Source: the human T2T-CHM13v2.0 reference genome, Homo sapiens
Strand: one strand, 5' to 3'
Assembly (NCBI RefSeq): GCF_009914755.1
Contig: NC_060942.1
DNA length: 64,000 bases
The position numbers were made by a program, and so were the translations under genes. The notes beneath the pieces are model-generated. The model saw only the letters and a program-made list of their open reading frames with translations. It was not told the origin of the DNA and made no database searches. This document shows positions 26,098 through 39,895 of the stretch, piece after piece. Position 1 is the first letter of the stretch; every line of letters begins with the position of its first letter.

Positions 26098-29000
26098 AGA
26101 TTCACCAGTAAAGATGGTTTTCTTTTGTGGACTCTGATTTGAATCTGCTCAATCTCTCTGCCAATTGTGGGAGACTCTACACTGAGTCTGAGGGTCTGCA
26201 CCACTTCAAGAACCAGGCAGGCTATTTAGGGCCTGGCCTGCTAGTGGGGCAAGGCATGGTCCACATGTATAGTTGTAATGTCTGAGTTTCAAAAGTAAAA
26301 TTCTTAATATAATGACATTTCTGGGGGGAAACAAAGGGGCCCTTAAAAGAACACAGTTTCTTATTAAAGTGTAATCTGAGAAACTAAGAAAGTCAAAACC
26401 TTTTAGAAGGAAGGGATGTAATCTGCTTTGTTTTGTGGTATGATATATCTTGAGATAGTTTGTTAAATTATTTGAAAAGTGTTTAATTATTAAAAATGGT
26501 GCATACTCCTCTGAAAAGTTGCAAAAACTCCAGAAGGGTAAAAGTTGAAAATTGCAAAAACTACAAAAGGTCTCTTTCTTCAGTCTTCCCTTTCTACTTC
26601 CCAGGGATACCCACCATTAAATTAGATATTTGCACTATATATAGTCCTGCAGAGAAAGTAGACCCTCTTTCAAGTATTTATCAAGCACTTTTACCCAGCC
26701 ACTGTCTGATGTGCTGGAGGTACAAAGTCCCAGCCCTGACGGAGCTCACACTGGAATAGGAGGAACAGATAACACACGAGCCTGTGATTTCAGGTACTGG
26801 TCATTGCTGTGAAGAAAGATAAAGCATGTTAAGCAGATAGAGGGTGACAGAGGACACTGCTTTTCAGATGGAAGTCAGAGGAGACCCCTCCAAGGAGGTG
26901 ACATTAAGCAGAGTTCAAAGAAATGAGAGGGAGTGGAGCACGTAAATCCCGGGAAGCGCATTATAGCCAAGTGCAGAGGCCCCGAAAAGGGAGCGCTGTT
27001 GGCGGGCTAGAGGGTTCTCACACTTTAAGGAGTACACAGCCACCTGTCTTCTTCACTGCTGATGTGGACTCAGGAGGTTTGGGGTGAGCCTGACTACGCA
27101 CTTCTAACATGCTCCCAGAGGATGCTCATGCTGCTGGTGCCCACTTTGCACAGTGAAATGTTAGAGGAGTCAAAAGGAGGCCAGTGATGTTTTAAAATGC
27201 ACTCTTCAGTTTTACAAAAATGTTCTCTTTTCACCAAATACAATGATGTTGACATCCTTTCAATCAGGACTTACAAATCTACCTCATTCTTTTACGTTTG
27301 TTCAATTCTGATCTAAGAATTTAGTGGCCCTAAAAGTCACTTAACCACCGATGTGGCCTCCAGTGAGTTACTTAACTTCCCTCAGCCTCAGATGGAGGAT
27401 AAGAACTGCACTTACCAAATGGGGCTGTCATGAGCAATAAGCCGCATGGTCCTTGACATGTCCACAGTATCCGCTCGGTAGACGTTCCCTATTGTTGCTC
27501 ATGTTTTCCCTTTCAGTGTAAACCTGTGTCACGCCTGTATGGTTAATTTTCCTGAGTGAGCGCCTGGCTTGGTAAGGACCAGCAGGCGTGATCCGCTGGG
27601 AACAGCTTGCCCTTTAATCCTTTCTCTCTACTAAAATAGGCTATTGCAACAATAATGGACCTCATCCTGTTGAAATCAGCAAAGTGAAAGAAAAAAAGAT
27701 TTACAGAATACTTTCTAAAAACATTATTCTCTTGTGCCCTTTAATACATTGTTTTCTTAAGAAAAAATGGATTTTTTTCCCCTTACCTAAAACTGGTATT
27801 TTAAAATGTTGGGTCAAAATCATATTATTTTATCATCTTCTTGGGCTTCTGTAGTTAAATTTTTAAAAAACTCTTATCATGGCTAAGCTTTTTGGTAATT
27901 CTTTGAACATGCCTAACATTCTGAAATGAGCTTTGCAAAGACACCTAAGAACCCTGACGGGGCTCAGCCAGTGCCATTGAATTGTGGATTTTAGTGACAA
28001 AGATGTCTTTTGACCTCCCTGATGCTGTTGGTCCTTATAAAATGGGAGCGATGGCAATTAATGTTGGATTGAAGTTCTTTTATCTGGGGCTCTCAGTTGT
28101 AGCCTCAGTGTCTGGAATGTATCAACACGAACCAAGGATGTGTCTGAGCAGACAAAATCAGCACTAGAACATCCAAGCTGCTTGCAGTTTATTCATCAGG
28201 TAGAACCTCTTATTGGGAGCTTCTCAGTGTTCATGTGACACATTTCTCATGTGGTTACACAACTGCTTTTCCACTTTGCAACAGCTTAGAAGCATCAGAG
28301 TAGAGGGTTTCTGGTAGACAATGGCCAGACAGGTAATACCCACTGAGGAGGAAGAATACAAACTATAAAAAACAGATGCAAGGATTTCAGGATGCTGCCT
28401 GGTGTATCCACAAAGGCGACACTGTGTTATAAGAAGACACTTAGGAAGAAGTTAAATGGCGTTTGCCATACTGCATTTGAGATCAATTTAGGTTTTCATC
28501 CAGACTGGCAAGTTTCTACTACGGGGTAGGGTGAGCTTCAGTTTTTTCAAGAGGTGAGTGGTGGAACCTCTGGTTGATTTCCTAAGCCACAGGCCTGAGT
28601 CCTGCTCTTCTACCCCTTTACCCCTTGACAATTAATATGTTAACATTATGCAAATGCTAGAAAAATAGAGCTCCTGCAGACATGCACAAACACTCCAACA
28701 ACCAGACTGTGGACACTAATCCGCCTGTCTATTGAGATTTTGGACCTGCCACTGTCCCTGCAAGTCTGGGCAAATGAAGCATTGTTGGCAAGAGGAAGAA
28801 GCCTAACCTTTCTAAGTTAGCAAGGTAAGAGAATCTCTAATTTAGAGGAAGCAAACTTGGGCATCTGTTCTTTAAAAAAACCTCCCTAGGTTACTAATGT
28901 GTGGTCAGTATTGAGAACCACCGAGAAACAGACGTCTGCACACATTAGTTGAGAATAAATGTGATTAGGATGCTTGACTGTTCACATCTTCCTTCTCGGC

Positions 29001-29251
29001 TTCATGAAGTTATTTTCAGATTGCATAAGGAAAAAACAGAAACACACTGCATCTATGTGTCATCCTCTCACCACCATTTCCCCCACTAAGATGATGCTAA
29101 CCTCTGAATGGTCACTTGAGTTCTAGGTGAGCCTTCATCTTACAAAGTAGCCTTTGGCCCAGGGCACTGGGCGATCAACTTAGTCTCATCCTGAGATTCT
29201 GGGCTGAGATCCATCCTTTACCACTTGTGTTCATCAGGTTCTCTTCATTTC

Positions 29252-29639
<388 letters not shown>

Positions 29640-30214
29640 TTACCAAACAGGGAATCTTTAACAAATTCAGACTCAGTTTCCCTATCTCCAGAATTAGCAT
29701 CAGGGCAGGTCAAGAGTTTATTGGATGCCTGGATTTAATCAAACAGAGCTTTACTATTTCTTCTTCAAGGTCACTTGAGTTTGAGCACTTAGAATTAATT
29801 AAAGCCTCCCAATCCTCTTGAACACTCTTCTCTGTTGTCTGTGGTCATAAAATTCTACTCAGATTTTCTCTGAATTTTAAATCTGCCCGCCTAGATTGTT
29901 GCAGACATATCCTATGGCAGGGACATTTTTTCCCCAGGGACCTTGCTTTTAGCTGCATGAAGCTTCAGGATGGTGCAGGGGGACAGAAACCTCTTTTACA
30001 CTGAGTCTTGTTTCTGCGCCAGTTCTGTGCCGGCGGGGAGCGAACGCTACCTACACACGTGCTGTGGCCAGGCCTTCTTCTGTAGGATTCCCTCTGGCCT
30101 CCCTCTGTTCTTCATTCCATCACCCAAACACTGTCTGTCATCTGCCTCTTCTCAGGTTTAATGATTTCCCTACTAGTGTTTAGCTTCTGCCATACTGCAG
30201 GATATTTTCTTTAA

Positions 30215-32030
30215 TAGGCCTTATTTTTTAGAGCAGTTTTAGGTTCATAGCAAAATTGAATGGCAAGTATAGAGGTTTCCCATATACCTCCTACCCCTAC
30301 ATAGGCACAGCCTCTACTACTACTTACCACCCCACTAGAGTGATTCATTTGTTACAATCAATGAACCTACACTGATGCATCATTATCACCCAAAGTCCAT
30401 AGTTAACATTGAGATCCACTCGTCGTGCTATACATTCTATGGATTGGGACAAATGTGTAATGACATCTATCCTCCATCATAGCACCATACGGAATAGAGT
30501 CATGGCCATAAAAAATTCCCTATGCTTCACCTATTCAGCCCTCCCTACCTTCAACCACCGATTATTTTTACTGTCTCCAGAGTTTTCCCTTTTCCAGTAT
30601 GTCATATAGTTGGAATCATGGTATGTAGCCTTTTCAGTTAGGCTTTTTTTTTTTCCACTTAGTAATGTACATTTAAGTTTTCTCTATGTATTTTTTCTTT
30701 TTTTGTTTGAGGCAGAGTCTTGCTCTGTCACCCAGGCTGGAGTGCAGTGGCACAACCTCAGTGGTGCGGGTTTTTGTATGGACATCAGTTTTCAGACTCA
30801 CTTGGGTAAATACCAAGAAACAATCCACGATTGGTGGATCATATGGTGACTGTGTCTAGTTTCGTAAGAAACGGCCACACTGTCTTCCCAAGCAGGTGTA
30901 CCATTTTGCATTCCCACCAGCGATGAATCAGCTTTTGTTGCTCTACATCCTCTCCATAATTTGGTGTTCTCAGTGTTTTGGATTTTGGCCATTCTAATAG
31001 GTATGTCATGGTAGCTCATTGTTTTAATTTGCATTTCCCTAATGACATATGATGTTGAACATCTTTTCATATTTATTTGCCATCTGTATACCTTCTTTGG
31101 TGAGGTGTCTGTTCAGGTCTTTTGCCCTTTTTTTTGAGACAAAGTCTCACTCAGGCTGGAGTGCAGTGGTACCAAGTAGCTGGGATTACAGGTGCCTTCC
31201 ACCACGCCCGGCTAATTTTTGTATTTTTAGTAGAGACAGGGTTTCACCATGTTGGCCAGGCTGGCCTCAAACCCCTGACCTCAAGTGATCCGCCTGCCTC
31301 GGCCTCCCCTGGGATAATAGGCCTAAGCCACCATGCCTGGCCCCATTTTTAAATAGGGTTATTTTCTTACTGTTGAGTTTTAAGAGTTCCTTGTATATTT
31401 GGAATAATAGTCCTTTTTCAGATGTGTCTTTTGCATGTATATTCTCCCAGTCTGTTGCTGGTCTCATTCTCTTAACATTGTCTTTTGCAGAGCAGAGGTT
31501 TTTAAATTTTAATGGAGTCTTGCTTACCAATTATCTCTTTAGTGGATCATACCTTTAGGGTTATATCTAAAAAGTCATCACCATGTCCAAGGTTACCTAG
31601 ATTTTCTCCTGTGTTATCTTCTAGGAGTTTATAGTTTTGTGTTTTACACTTAGGACTGTGATGTATTTTGAGTTAATTTTTATAGGTGGAAGATCAGTGT
31701 CTAGATTGTTTTTGCATGTGGACGTCTAGTTCTTCCAACACCATTTGTTAAAAAGACTATCTTTTCTCCACTGTATTGCTTTTGCTCCTTTGTCAAAGAT
31801 CAGTTGGTTATATTTATATGGATTTCTGAGCTGTCTATTCTGTTCTATTGATCAATTTGTCCATTCTTTTACCAATACTACCTCGTCTTGATTACTGTAG
31901 CTTTATAGTAAGTCCTCAAGTCGGGTAGTGTCAGTCTTCCAGCTTGCATTTTTTCCTTAAATATTGTATTGGCTATTCTAGGTCTTTTGCCTCTCTCTAT
32001 AAACTTCAGAATTCGTTTGTCTATACCCAC
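30215..32030 (-). mobile_element. L1MC-type 3' region with two embedded Alu pieces (about 30690-30762 and 31128-31342)
   Basis: ORFs 30798..31070(-) and 31267..31530(-) read as L1 ORF2 C-terminus ([17 protein letters not shown]); collinear with 4147-5085. Confidence 0.88.
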
Positions 32031-32971
32031 ATCATAGCATTTTTATTAAGTGTTTATGTCTGGAGAAAACATGCAACTTCCATTGCCATATTCCTTTGTA
32101 AGTCTCATTTCTCAAACTCATCTATGAGGTTGAATTCCTCTCTTTTCAAAAATCTCAACTTAATTTTTATCTGCTTTCCCTGATTTGTGCAATGGTATAG
32201 AAACGCCTGAGTTTCTTCCTCTCCCTGAGAATTATTGGGAGCTTCCTCTGTTATTTTTCTGTTTCACTGGACATGCCTGATATCCTTTCCAGCATCTGGT
32301 TAATTTCTTGTGTCTGGGTACACATTCCCCCTCCCTCTTGGTTATCAGTTTCAACCTCTCTTGATTCGATCAGTGGATTTAAAGGCAGATGGATTGATTT
32401 TGACTTCTCACTAAAGAAGGAACAGAGCCTAACAGAATCAGCCTGCCATTTAGAGCTCCTCCTACCTGGTGGCACAAGGAACAGTCAACTGGAACTTGAT
32501 AGTGGATTAAAGACCCAAGGGCAGTCCTGTGATTCATTCTCAAATTTCACAAATCATCCTTAAGATGGTACATTTTAGTCCCTCATACCTCATGGTGTCA
32601 CTTCATACATGGTTCATAGGCCAGATGCCTTTTCAATTAACATGGGAAACAAACATGAAAAAGGACACTGAAATACCATTTTTCCTACTTTTATCCCAAA
32701 AATGTTATGTTTTCTACTCTGATTTTTAGTGGCTAAGTGAATAAATAAAATGCTGTGAAATATTTTTTAAACTCAACAATGGCCCTTACAAAAGCTTCCT
32801 GACACGTGTGTAGAAAGTCATAGTTTACAAAGGGCTGGCTTCTTATTTGCTCCCTGGCCATCAGGAGCAAGGCAGGCTGCTGCACTCAAAGGCGTTGAAA
32901 GCAATCTCGACTATAAGACACTAAGTGGAAAAACACTTCCCATGGAAAATGCCCTCTTCTGTGTTTTTAAA

Positions 32972-33268
32972 TTTTCTTTTCTTTTCCTGTTTGAGTTGGA
33001 GTCTCTTTCTGTTGCCAAACCTGGAGTGCAGTGGTGCAATCTTGGCTCACTGCAACCTCTGCCTCCTGGGTTCAAGCAGTTCCTGCCTCAGCCTCCCGAG
33101 TAGCTGAGACTACAGGCACCCACCACCACACCCAGCTAATTTTTGTATTTTTAGTAGAGAAGGGGTTTTGCCATGTTGGCCAGGATGGTCTTGAACTTCT
33201 GAGCTCAGGTGATCCACCCACCTCGGCCTCCCAAAGTGTTGGGATTACAGGCGTGAGCCACCGTGCCC
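32972..33268 (-). mobile_element. AluS
   Basis: Antisense dimer. Confidence 0.92.
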
Positions 33269-33277
33269 TACTTTAAA

Positions 33278-33584
<307 letters not shown>

Positions 33585-34669
33585 TAAATTTGATTTTCAA
33601 AGAACCTCTTCAGTCTGTTGCTTCCAAGATGACCTCTCTGACCACATGCTTCTCATGAGAAGAGAAGAAGCTTCTCTTACACATTTCTAGACTTCCTCCC
33701 AGACTGAATAAGATCCTCAAGGTGGAAAATTTAGATGAGAGGATCCTTATAAAGCCCAAAGAAGTGATGGAACTTCTAGGGAGTTGTGAATGCCTGATGT
33801 TTAATATGTAATGCCTTCTCGCTTTCCAAATGCATTTTGATACAGGAATCTGTTAGGTTCAGTTAGCAGAACCACCCAGAACACTCCTCAAGGTATTAGA
33901 CTAGAGAATGACCTGGGGTTATCTACAATAATTTCCTGTTTCTCAGAAGCAAAGAAGACAGAAGTTTGGGGAGCACCAACATTGAAAGGGTAAGTGGAGA
34001 AGTCCACAAAGGAGCATGACGAGAAGTGGCTGAACTGCAGGAGGAATCCAGGACAGAGGGGTGGTATGGACTCCTCCATCAGAGGGGTGATATGGACTCG
34101 TCAACATCCTCCATATCACCCAGGGTGGGAGAGATCTAGGTATGTGGCCATGAGATCATGGAAAAAAGAAAAAGCATCTCACTGGTGACCAGGGGGAGAG
34201 TTGGTTTAATGGAGGGGCAGGAGTCAGATTTGGGTGCGGTGAAGAGTGAATGATGTCAGAGGCTGATCAACATTAACATTTTGTTGAGCATTATATGCAA
34301 GGTGCTAAAGCCACCAGCCTTGGTTTTGATCCTCCATATACTCATGGCAGCAATTTTCTGTTTTATTTTGATAGCCCAGACACCTGATGCATTTTTCTTA
34401 CTAAACAATCATAGTCACAAACTGTCAGTGTACTTGGAGTATTGACATTAATCCGAAGCTTGCATTGTTGTATGATGGCATTCAGGGTCTGGGGAGCCGT
34501 CCAAAGGGCTGGATCTTCCCACTTTGTTGTTCTCAAAGAGTTCTGCTTTGGTGACAACTATCATAACTCCCCCAGGAACATATATCCAGTCACTGGATGA
34601 AGTGTTCTCTTTCATGTTACATTTCACAGGTGTGTTTTTGCTACTGAGTTACCCCAGAGAGCACATAGC

Positions 34670-34840
34670 AAGGGCTCTCAAACTTTAATGACCATAAATA
34701 ACGCTAAAAAAATGCAGATTCACCTTTGATGTACATAGATGCAAAAATCCTTGACAAAATACTAACAAACAATTCGATAATACATTAACAATCCTAGGCT
34801 CCATTCCCAAAGATTCTGACAAGGCAGAAGGTCCAGAGCT
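34670..34840. mobile_element. MER5-like element interrupted by an L1 ORF2 fragment of about 70 bp (34722-34791)
   Basis: 'ctctcaaacttt...aaaatgcagattc' [insert reading PLMYIDAKILDKILTN] 'tcctaggctccattcccaaagattctga'. Confidence 0.6.
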
Positions 34841-35753
34841 CTCAAGAAAAAAAAAAAATCATTGCCATGAAAGAAGTGGCCTTCACACACGTTTGTTTTG
34901 TTGTTGTTGTTGTAAGTTAGGGACCAGCAGAGGCTAAATGTGATTGTCTCTAAAGTCAGGGTCATTTTATAATTATGAAGGTATCAATTCAGCAAGAGGA
35001 TGTGACAATTGTAAATATATATGCACCCAACACTGGAGCATCCAGATATATGAAACAAATATCACTGGAGCCAAAAAGAGAGACAGACCCCAATACAATA
35101 ATAGTTAGGGACTTCACACTCCACTTTCAGCATTGGAAAGATCATCTATATAGAAAATCAACAAAGAAAGATCGAACTTGATCTACACTACAGACCAACT
35201 GAACCTAAAAGACATGTACAGAACATTTTTATCCAACAGCTGCAGAATACACATTTTTCTCCTCAGCACACGGAACTTTCTCGAGGCTAGACCATATGTT
35301 AGGTCCCAAAACAAGTCTCAAATAATTTTAAAAAATTAAAATTATATCAAGTATCTTTTCTGACCACAATGGAATAAAAGTAGAAATCCATAACTAGAGG
35401 AACTTTGAAAACCACACAAATACATGGAAATTAAACATGCTCCTGAATGGCTACTGGTCATGAAAAAGGAAATTTTAAAATTTCCTGAAACAAATGAAAA
35501 TGGAAACACACCATACCCAAACCTGTGATACAGCAAAAGCAATATAAAGAGGAACATTTATAGCAATAAACACCTACATCAAAAGTACAGAAAGACTTCA
35601 AATAAATAACCTAACTAGAAAAGCAAGAGCAAACCAAAGGCAAAATTACTAGAAAAATTTATGATCAGAGCTGAAATTTAAAAATTGAGACTAAAGAAAA
35701 CTACAAAACATCAATGAAAGAAAGTTTTTTTTTTAAAAAAAATAGGTAAACAA

Positions 35754-36624
35754 GGTTGCTGTTTGAACTCTTGTGAAGGTGGCTTGCACTGCCGTGAGGT
35801 TCCCGGCCAAGCAGGACAGGTTTATTTGTATCTATCCTGCTTTTTTAAATAATAAGAAGACCATCGCAGAGGGAAGGCGAATCCCCATAAGTAAGGCTGT
35901 TGAAAATCCTACAGCTACAGAGATTCAAGATGTATGTTCAGAAGTTGGACTTAACGTATTTCTTGAGAAAAATTAAATGTACTCTAGAGAATGGAATCGT
36001 GATGTCCAATACAGAGGCAGCTCAAACAGGTCCAGCTCAAACAGGACCAGCTCAAACGGCTCCAGCTCAAACAGGAAGATGGCGGCCTCTGCCTTGTACA
36101 GTTCCCATCATGTAAGTCAGTAATGTTGTATGCAGCAGAAATAATACCTAAACTAAAACGAAGGACACAAAAAACAGGAGGAGGTGACCAAAGTCTTCAA
36201 CAAGGAGAGGGAAGTAAAAAAGGGAAAGGGAAGAAAAAGAAGTAACCTAGTGTCAGCATCAAGTTTGTGGTACTACTGTCAGAGACATGAATGGAGGCTT
36301 CGAATTTGTATTGGAGGAAAACAGAAGCTTTTTGTTTGCGTCATTTAACTGAGCTGTGAACCCTTGTGCCTCTCCTCTTTATTATCGAAGTTGACAGTGA
36401 AACAAATTTACATCAGAAGTTTGCATCTCGCTTTCATGAAGTATAAAAGAAGTTTTTAGTCTTTCAGTGCAGTTATTTGGAAGAACAAATATTTTTAAAT
36501 GGACAATGGACGGTACAATAAGTTACTTGAAATAAGTTACTTGTTTCAGATAAATTTCAATTAGATTTGAAATAAACATTTTGTCTTTTAAGTTAATGAA
36601 ATAAAATTTGAAACTGAAAAAAAC
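35754..36624 (+). pseudogene. Processed pseudogene of SRP19 (signal recognition particle 19 kDa)
   Basis: Intronless QDRFICIYPAFLNNKKTIAEGRRIPISKAVENPTATEIQDVC...QLKQEDG...GEGSKKGKGKKKK* (stop 36243-36245); ATG>GTG at 35779, nonsense TAA 35974-35976, frameshifting tandem array; AATAAA, A-tail remnant, 13-bp TSD aataggtaaacaa (35741-35753 / 36625-36637). Confidence 0.96.
36018..36075 (+). repeat. Four copies of a 15-bp unit (cagctcaaacaggtc consensus)
   Basis: Units start at 36018, 36033, 36048 and 36063. Confidence 0.95.
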
Positions 36625-37246
36625 AATAGGTAAACAAAATTGGCAAACCTTTAGCCATATTAAGAAAAAAAGAGAGAAGGCCCAAATAGACAAAAGGAGA
36701 TATTACAACTGTTACCACAGGAATTGAAAGGATCATCACAGACTATTATGAGCAACTATATGCCAATGAATTGGAAAAAGTAGAAGAAATGGATAAAAGC
36801 TCTCAGCAAACTGCATATAGAAAGAATATACCTCAACACAACACGGACCATATTTGACAAACCCACAGCTAATATAATACTGAACAGGGAAAACTGAAAA
36901 CATTCCTTAAGATCTAGAACAAGGAAAGGATGTCCAGTTTCACCACTTCTATTCAACATAGTACTAGAAGTCTTAGCCAGAGCAATTAAATAAGAGAGAA
37001 ATAAAGGACATCCATATTAGAAAAGCAGATATCAAGTTATCCTTGTTTCAGATGACATGATATTATATTTAGAAAAACCTAAAGATTCCACCAAAAAAAC
37101 TATTAGAACTGTAAATTCAATAAAATTGCAGGATACAAAATTAACTTACAAAAATCAGTAGCATTTCTATATGCCAACAGTGAACTGTCTGTAGAAGAAA
37201 CCAAGAAAGCAATTCCATTTACCATAGCTACACATAAAATAAAAGA

Positions 37247-37420
37247 GCCAGACCCATAGTTTGTACCTGTAATCCTAGCCACTCAGGAGGCTGAGGCAAA
37301 AGGATCGCTTGAGCCCAGGAGTTCAAGGTTGCAGCTACATGTGATCACCCCACTGCACTCCAGCCTGGGTGACAGAGTGAGATCCCCATCTCTAAAAAAA
37401 AAAAAAATAATGATAATAAA
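37247..37420 (+). mobile_element. FRAM / Alu right monomer
   Basis: Single diverged right arm with poly(A). Confidence 0.85.
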
Positions 37421-37718
37421 ATAAAATATCTAGTAATAAACTTAAAGAAGTGAAAGATCTCTACAATGAAAATTATAAAACATCGATGAAAGAAATTGAA
37501 GCAGATACCAAAAAATGGAAAGATTCCATGTTCATGGATTGTAAGAAACAATATTGAAAATGTCCATAGTACCCAAGCAATTTATGGACTCAACGCAGTC
37601 CCTATCAAAATACCAATGACATTCTTCACATAAAGGAAAAAACAATCCTAACATTTATATGGAACTGTAGAAGACCCCAAGTAGTGAAAGGAATCCTGAT
37701 TTAAAAAAAGAACAAAGC

Positions 37719-38021
37719 AGCTGGGCGCGGTGGCTAACACCTGTAATCCCAGCAATTTGGGAGGCCGAGACGGGCGGATCACAAGGTCAGGAGATCGAGA
37801 TCATCCTGGCTAACATGATGAAACCCCATCTCTACTAAAAATACAAAAAATTAGCCAGGCATGGTGGCGGGCACCTGTAGTCCCAGCTACTCGAGGGGCT
37901 GAGGCAGGAGAATGGCGTGAACCCAGGAGGCCGAGCTTGCAGTAAGCCGAGATCTCTCCTCTGCACTACAGCCTGGGCGACAGAGCGAGACTCCCTCTCA
38001 AAAAAAAAAACAAAAAAAAAC
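37719..38021 (+). mobile_element. AluY
   Basis: 'gaatggcgtgaaccc...gagcttgcagt'; TSD aaaaagaacaaagc. Confidence 0.95.
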
Positions 38022-39599
38022 AAAAAGAACAAAGCTGGGGTATCATGTTACCTACATAATACAAAGCTGTACTAACTAAAACAGCAGAGTGCTGGCATAA
38101 AGACAGACATATAGACCCGTGGAACAGAATAGAGAACCCAGAAATAAATCCACATATTTACAGCCAATTAATTTTTGACAAAGGTGCCAGGAACGTACAT
38201 TGGGGAAAGGACAGGCTCTTCAATCAATGGTGCTGGGCAAACTGGATGTCCATATGCAGAAGAATAAAACTTGACCCCTATTTCTCAATATATACAAAAA
38301 TAAAATCTAAACAGATTAAAAGTTAAATCTAAGACCTGAAACTATGAAACTCCTAGGAGAAAACATTGGAGTAATTCTCCAGGACGTTGGTCTGGGCAAA
38401 GATTTCATGAGTAAAACCTCATAAGCACAGGCAACGAATGCAGAAATGGGCAAATGAGGTCACATAAAGCTAAAAAGCTTCCACACAGCAAAGGAAACAA
38501 TGAACAAAGAGACAAGCTAAGAATGGGAGAAAATATTTGCAAGTTATTCAATTGAAAAGGGAACAATAACCAGAATATATAAGGAACTCAACTCAATCAC
38601 AAAAAATAATATTATATATAAATGGGCAAAAGATATGGACAGACATTTCTCAAAAGACAACTTACAAATGGCCAATAGGTATATTTAAAAAATGGTCAAC
38701 ATTACTAATCATCAGGGAAATGAAAATCAAAACCGCAATGAAGTGTCACCTCACTTCAGGTAAAACGGCTTTTAGCCAAAAGACAAAAAATGTCAGATGC
38801 TGGTGAAGATGTGAAGAAAAAGGAATGCTCATATACTGTTGGTGAGAATGTAAATTATCACAGCCACTGTGAAAAACAGTATGGAGGTCCCTCAAAAAAC
38901 TAAAAGTAGAACTATTAAATGATTCAGCAATTCCACTGCTGAGTATGTAGCCAAAATAAAATAACTCAGTATGTCAAAGAGATATCTGTGCCCTGTGTTT
39001 ATTGCAGCACTATTCACAATAGCCAAGATATGGAATCAACTTAAGTGTCTACAATAGATAAATTGAAACAATGATACATATACAAAATGGAATATTACTC
39101 AGCCATAAAAAGAATTAAATCCTGTCATTTGCAACAACGTGGATAGACTGGGAGGACATGAGGTTGAATGAAATAAACCAGGTACAGAAAACAAATATTA
39201 CATATTCTCACTCATGTGTGGGAGATAAAAAAATTGATCTTGTGGAGGTAAAAAGTAGAATGATGGTCACAAGAGGCTGGGAAAGGTAGTGGGGAGTGGG
39301 GAGATAAAGAGGGCTTTGTTAATGGGTACAAAAATACAGTCATATAGAAGGAATAAGAGCTATTGTTTGATACTACAATAGGGTGAATATAGTTAAAAAT
39401 AACATTGTATATTTCAAAATAACTAGAGGATTGGAATTGGAATGCTTCTAACAAAAAGAAAAGGTAAATATTTGAGGTGATGGATATCCCAATTACCCTG
39501 TTCATTACACATCATATGCTTATATCAAAATATCACATGTGCTCACTAAATATGTATGACTATTATGTATCCATAAAATTTTTTTTAAAATAAAAATAA

Positions 39600-39895
39600 A
39601 TGGTCAGATTTAGGATACACTTTGAAGGGTTTTTGGCCTGAGAAACTTCAAGGATAATGTTGTCATTTATCCAGATGGTGAAGATTGTGAGTGGAAATTA
39701 GATATTTGGTTTGGGACACAGTAAGTCTGTGATGCTATTAAACACTCAAGTTGAGATGTTGAGCCGGCAGTTGTATGTACGTATGTTCAGGGATGAGTTT
39801 GAGGCTGGAGATATAAACTTAGCAGTTGTTAGGTTAATGATACTATTTAAAAGCCATAAAACTGGATGAGATTATCAAAGGAATGAATGTAGATA
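39600..39895 (-). mobile_element. L2 fragment
   Basis: 'gagtttgaggctggagatataaacttagcagttg...taaaagccataaaactggatgagattatcaaagg'. Confidence 0.7.

Larger units (their letters stand above)
34952..39600 (+). mobile_element. 5'-truncated L1MA-type element (decayed ORF2 and 3'UTR), host to the SRP19 retrocopy, a FRAM and an AluY
   Basis: Endonuclease-domain peptide SIQQEDVTIVNIYAPNTGA, RT-region text, L1MA-like 3'UTR and A-rich end. Confidence 0.9.

Noticed and set aside
36018-36075. Regular short repeats superficially like a CRISPR array
   Set aside because: Head-to-tail 15-mers with no unique spacers, in a eukaryotic pseudogene, with no cas genes
35773-36115. ORFs 35773..35976 and 35900..36115 as functional microproteins
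   Set aside because: Non-ATG starts; a truncated SRP19 frame and an out-of-frame reading of the tandem array, with no promoter evidence
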